20,000 bases of DNA from Savitreella phatthalungensis (lineage: Eukaryota): contig AP039693.1 in NCBI GenBank assembly GCA_051599415.1, forward strand, positions 665,725 through 685,724, in the 5' to 3' direction. Shown here one piece after another: positions 16,537 to 20,000 of the stretch. The position numbers and the translations under genes were made by a program. Every line of letters starts with the position of its first letter. Position 1 is the stretch's first letter. The notes below the pieces were generated by a model. The model saw only the letters and a program-made list of their open reading frames with translations, had not been told where the DNA came from and did not search any database.

Positions 16537-17886
16537 CTATTTGGCGAATGGAGATTTCGAACGCAGAGCGGGGCCGAAGAAAAACATCACGTACGTCAGT
16601 AGAACAATTCCGAATGATACGCACGCAAGAATCAGGAATGCATGCGTCGTCGTCAGGTCGTTGAACATGACGATGCCGACGTGAGCACAGCCAGCGGCGA
16701 CGAGGAAACTCGGAATCAGGAACGCTGCGACTGCACTGTTTGCCACATCCGGATACGCATCTGAGATGTACGCGAGCAGCGACAGGTAAAGGAGCGGATT
16801 GCTGAAGCTGAGCAGGGTGCCAGCCACGATCGGCGACCAGACATTCACTCCCTCGCTCGTGTACCCAAACCAGAAGAGCGATATGGGAAATCCCCAGACA
16901 AAAACAAGGGAAGTGAGCAGGCGAGATTCCGGTCGAGGGTTTCGACGGTACAACCGAGTCTGGACTGGGACAAAGGCGCAGACGAGCACGACGCCAACGA
17001 TCACATTGCTGTACGTCCAATCAGCGACAATCGTCGAAAGACCATAATTGACCGCAAACACGGGGTAGACGCCATCCAGATAGAGAAAGAGCAGGCCATA
17101 GGCGAAGCCGTTGAACAGGCCCGCAAAAATCAGGATCGGCTCGGTCGTCATGAGTCTTAGAGTCGTCAATGTACAGAAAGCCAGTGCTCGCGGGAGCGGG
17201 AGCCTGGCCTCTTTCGCAGAGATCACCTTGGACGGCAGTGTCTCCGGCACAAAAAGCATACCAAATGCGAAAGCGCCACCGAAAATTACATTGATCCAGA
17301 AGAGCCAATCGAGACCGAGGTGTTCGCCGATCAATTCTCCGAGAGGTGAGCCCAGGGATGGTCCGATAGCAGAAGTCGCGGCAAAATACGACAGAGCCTG
17401 TGACGCTTGTTCAGATTCGCCGTAGAGGTCAGCGATCGTGGCTGCCACGTTGACTAGAGCAGTAGAACCAGCCGCTCCAGCCAGTGCCATCAGAACGACG
17501 AGTCCAGCAAAGGTACGCACGCGCGCCAATCCGATATTGAGCAGCATGTAAACTGCGATGCTCCCGACGTAGACGTACTTGCGCCCGATGTAGTCGCTCA
17601 ATGGACCCAAAAAAAGAGGACCGATCGCGGTACCTGTAATAAACATGCTTTGTCCGAGTGTTGTCGCCTGTACGCTAGTGCCGTAGCGGTCCTGAATCAG
17701 AGGTTCGATGGAGAGATACGACGTACTGGTCATCGAAACGTATACCTGCAGCAAACAGTAGACTGCAATGATCGACCATTTCTTCAGGTAATGCCAACGC
17801 TGTGGATGCGCAGCTGAATGATGTACTTCAGCATTCAATAAGGCGACAGCATCGATCGCCGTCTCGACCGTCTTCTCCTCCACCAT
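16537..17886 (-). CDS. MFS transporter, DHA1 family (resembles S. pombe Bsu1-like vitamin B6/drug transporters)
   Basis: HPQRWHYLKKW, motif A GPLSDYIGRKYVY, ATIADLY, GPSLGSPLG, VPETL, TEPI, PESRL and YISDAYP..ANSA, with about 12 TM segments. The likely start is MVEEK at 17886; the ORF extends upstream to ATG 18033. Confidence 0.9.
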   Translation of the reverse strand: MVEEKTVETAIDAVALLNAEVHHSAAHPQRWHYLKKWSIIAVYCLLQVYVSMTSTSYLSIEPLIQDRYGTSVQATTLGQSMFITGTAIGPLFLGPLSDYIGRKYVYVGSIAVYMLLNIGLARVRTFAGLVVLMALAGAAGSTALVNVAATIADLYGESEQASQALSYFAATSAIGPSLGSPLGELIGEHLGLDWLFWINVIFGGAFAFGMLFVPETLPSKVISAKEARLPLPRALAFCTLTTLRLMTTEPILIFAGLFNGFAYGLLFLYLDGVYPVFAVNYGLSTIVADWTYSNVIVGVVLVCAFVPVQTRLYRRNPRPESRLLTSLVFVWGFPISLFWFGYTSEGVNVWSPIVAGTLLSFSNPLLYLSLLAYISDAYPDVANSAVAAFLIPSFLVAAGCAHVGIVMFNDLTTTHAFLILACVSFGIVLLTYVMFFFGPALRSKSPFAK

Positions 17887-17994
17887 TTTGATGACCAGGC
17901 GCGCTGCCCCACGGCACCGCTCAAATGTCTGGCTGTGACGCAGATTAAATTTTGTATTACGAGGATCGACCAAATCAGGGCAAATCCAGGCGAG

Positions 17995-18006
17995 CGGAAT
18001 TATCCG
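17995..18006. promoter_or_regulatory. Candidate Zn2Cys6 binding site, inverted CGG-N6-CCG (CGGAATTATCCG)
   Basis: Lies ~110 nt upstream of the likely MFS start. Related GCGGAA half-sites occur at 18008-18013 and 18133-18140. Confidence 0.4.
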
Positions 18007-18280
18007 AGCGGAACGAGTGAAGGACGCGCCCATGAATCCGAACTCTTTTCCTCATCTCGACAATTCCAGGTGCTGAAAAAGTGGCTGTGACTTCGGCGGA
18101 GCCCCAATTATAGGTTGGGCTTGGGTTGGGAAGCGGAATTGTAGCATCCCAAACTAGACAGTCATTCAAGAGCATCAGTACAGGAAGCATGACAAGCAGC
18201 GACCGAGCAGCAAGCAGCAATTGTAGTAGCAGAACATTTCCAGCGAGGCAAGCGCCAGTTTGGCGCCACACTGCCGCCCC

Positions 18281-18410
18281 CAGCAGCAGGCCCGCATACC
18301 AGCAGCAGCAGCAGCAGTGATGGCAGTAACAGCAGTAGTGGCAGCAGTAGTGGCAGTACTAGATTGAAGAAAGGTAATGGAAGAAGTAGTAGGCACAGTA
18401 GCGGTAGCAA
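18281..18410 (+). repeat. (CAG)6 microsatellite (18300-18317) and degenerate CAG/TAG/TGG triplets at the start of the subtelomere
   Basis: Directly visible: cagcagcagcagcagcagtgatggcagtaacagcagtagtggcagcagtagtggcagt. Confidence 0.8.
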
Positions 18411-19281
18411 TCATCACAATCAATCAAAACCAGACTAGATAGTAGAATGAGGCATACAGAAAGCATGGGCAGGTATAGTCACAACAAAGCAGACAGTATA
18501 CAATGTATGACAGGGTATAGTACATGTGACAGTGCACAAGACAGGCAAAAGAACCATGTGCAAGTGAATTAGAGTGAGTTGTGGAGGAAAGGGCACAGCA
18601 CAGTGCCAGCAATGGATTTGACAAGCAACAGTGGAGGGAACAGTGTATGGCATGTGACATTGCAGTCAATTGCAGTCAAATGATGTTGCAAAACAGGCGC
18701 CAGTGCCAATTACAGAGAGAGGAAAGAGAATGCAGGCAACAGGGTAGGGCCAGGGCCAAGCAGGTGGTGTTTATAACAAACAGAGACAGAGTCAGTGGCA
18801 GGGCCAGGTGACAAATGACAGTGACAAGTGACAGTGCAGCAATGACGCATCAAGTGACAGTGCAGTTTGAACAGATGACATCATTCAGCCAATGGCAGTG
18901 CAGTAATGAAACAAGGTACAGTGCAGGCAACAGGTGTGTGATACACAACAGGGGTTGACAGGTCAACAGCAATTGGCCGATCCAGAGTTTGACAAATGCC
19001 AGGCCACAGAGCAGGGCAATGAGGCAAGTAGTAGCGCAGGTAATGGTATTTGAGAGATGATGACATAAGTGAGAGTGCAGATAACACCGGGTGACAGATG
19101 ATGGTGCAGGCAACGACACATGGCAGACAACGGTGCAGATGACAGGATTTGAAGGAGACCAGGCAGGTAACAACATTTGACAGAGACAGGGCAGGTGACA
19201 GGATGTGAGGGTTACAGGGTGTGTGATGGCAATTGAGAGATGGCAGTGCAGGTGTTGGGATTGATGAGTGATTTTGACAGT

Positions 19282-19349
19282 TGATGGCATTTGGCAGGTG
19301 ATGGCATTTGGCAGGTGATGGCATTTGGCAGGTGGTGGCATTTGCAAGG
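19282..19349 (+). repeat. 17-bp minisatellite TGATGGCATTTGGCAGG x3 plus 1 degenerate copy
   Basis: Exact units at 19282, 19299 and 19316, and the variant TGGTGGCATTTGCAAGG at 19333. Related units (GGTAACAGCATTTGACAGG etc.) occur at ~19389-19490. Confidence 0.9.
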
Positions 19350-19735
19350 CGGCAGGGCGGTTTTGGGAATTGGACAAGTGGCAGTTCAGGTAACAGCATT
19401 TGACAGGGGACATGCAGGTAACAGCATGTGACAGGTGACAGGTGACATGCAGGTGACAGCATTTGGCATTTGGCAGGTGACGGTGCAGTTGCAGTTGAAT
19501 CAGGTGGCAGGATTATTAAGAGCAGGAATGTGGGGAGCAAATGGCATGGGATGTTTTGGGTGAACAGGAGGAAGAGTGTCAGATAGATGAGGGATTGAGA
19601 GCAGGAGTACAGCGAGGAGAGAGGAGCAGCAAGGAAACAGCAAGATGATGATGACATTGAAGACCAGCAGGAGCGTATGCGTGCAGACAAGTGTAGTGTA
19701 GCAAGGCGGCAGGCGTGAGCCAAGAAACAAGGTTA

Positions 19736-19771
19736 GCAAGCGAGCAAGCAAGCGAGCAAGCAAGCAAGCAA
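19736..19771 (+). repeat. (GCAA/GCGA)9 tetranucleotide repeat
   Basis: gcaa gcga gcaa gcaa gcga gcaa gcaa gcaa gcaa. Confidence 0.88.
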
Positions 19772-19822
19772 AGCGGAGCAAGGGTTGGGGCATTGGTTAG
19801 TTTGACGGCGGTTAGTTTTTGT

Positions 19823-19923
19823 GGGTCAGGGTGAGGGTTAGGGTTAGGGTGAGGGTTAGGGTTAGGGTTAGGGTTAGGGTTAGGGTTAGGGTTAGGGTTA
19901 GGGTTAGGGTTAGGGTTAGGGTT
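19823..19923 (+). repeat. Telomere (TTAGGG)n, right chromosome end, with proximal variants TCAGGG and TGAGGG
   Basis: GGG-TCAGGG-TGAGGG-(TTAGGG)2-TGAGGG, then 11 perfect TTAGGG (19856-19921). The G-rich strand runs 5'->3' toward the end, as expected. Confidence 0.96.
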
Positions 19924-19982
19924 AGGTGCTGTTCTCGCAAAGGCAGAAAGTAGTCTTAACCTTAGCAATACGTAACTGAACG
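19924..19982 (+). other. Sequencing artefact: Oxford Nanopore native barcode 06 with flanks plus ligation adapter
   Basis: AGGTGCTG (19924-31), TTCTCGCAAAGGCAGAAAGTAGTC (19932-55, matches BC06/NB06 as I recall it), TTAACCTT (19956-63) and AGCAATACGTAACTGAACG (19964-82, ligation-adapter bottom strand). Confidence 0.93.
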
Positions 19983-20000
19983 TAGCAAGGCATTGGCAAT

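Larger units (their letters stand above)
18300..19822. repeat. Subtelomeric (telomere-associated) non-coding low-complexity domain
   Basis: Purine-rich + strand built from recurring GTGACAG / GTGCAG / GGCATTTG / GCAGG words, with very few CpG and no credible ORF. It directly abuts the telomere. Confidence 0.85.

Noticed and set aside
14108..18033. Secondary-metabolite gene cluster (TF + MFS + GH16)
   Set aside because: No PKS, NRPS, terpene synthase or tailoring enzymes in the window.
18068..18075. AGGTGCTG identical to the ONT barcode flank
   Set aside because: Only an 8-mer with no barcode following; a chance match.
19206..19219. TGAGGGTTACAGGG resembling the S. pombe GGTTACA telomeric unit
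   Set aside because: A single short occurrence in G-rich sequence, compatible with chance.
19282..19490. CRISPR-like array
   Set aside because: The units are head-to-tail with no unique spacers, the context is eukaryotic and there are no cas genes.
18100..19822. Telomere-linked RecQ helicase or transposon remnant
   Set aside because: No helicase, reverse transcriptase or transposase motifs in any listed frame, and no terminal repeats seen.
18126..19968. ORFs in the subtelomere (e.g. 18881-19723, 18850-19413, 19579-19968 with PNPNPN)
   Set aside because: They are translations of low-complexity and telomeric repeats (Cys/His/Leu-rich, no domains), and one starts inside the adapter.
19927..20000. 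Interstitial telomere, chromosome fusion or telomere-targeted retroelement after the TTAGGG array
   Set aside because: The sequence matches ONT barcode flanks, barcode 06 and the ligation adapter, so it is technical.

Overview
Eukaryotic (fungal) DNA covering the last ~20 kb of a chromosome arm. Positions 1-17.9 kb are very gene-dense and nearly intronless. In order they hold a 5'-truncated GH16, a J-domain protein, GPN1/Npa3, a paraoxonase-like beta-propeller, an NAD(P)-binding protein, a secreted hypothetical protein, an ankyrin+DIL protein, TFIIF-beta (TFG2), a spliced mitochondrial uL30/MRPL33 gene absent from the ORF track, DGK1, a divergent subtilisin, an intron-containing tRNA-Asp(GUC), a DUF218-like protein, a second GH16, a Zn2Cys6 regulator and a DHA1 MFS transporter. 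At about 18.3 kb the composition switches abruptly to a non-coding, strand-skewed, strongly CpG-depleted subtelomere with short tandem repeats, followed by a (TTAGGG)n telomere at 19823-19923. The last ~77 nt are not biological: they match an untrimmed Oxford Nanopore native barcode (06) plus ligation adapter. The compact, intron-poor, GC-rich layout with TTAGGG telomeres would fit a yeast-like fungus such as a Taphrinomycete, but that is only inference. I found no convincing new multi-gene system. The best leads are the CpG-eroded subtelomere, the Zn-cluster/MFS pair with a CGG-N6-CCG site, and two enzymes with altered active sites.
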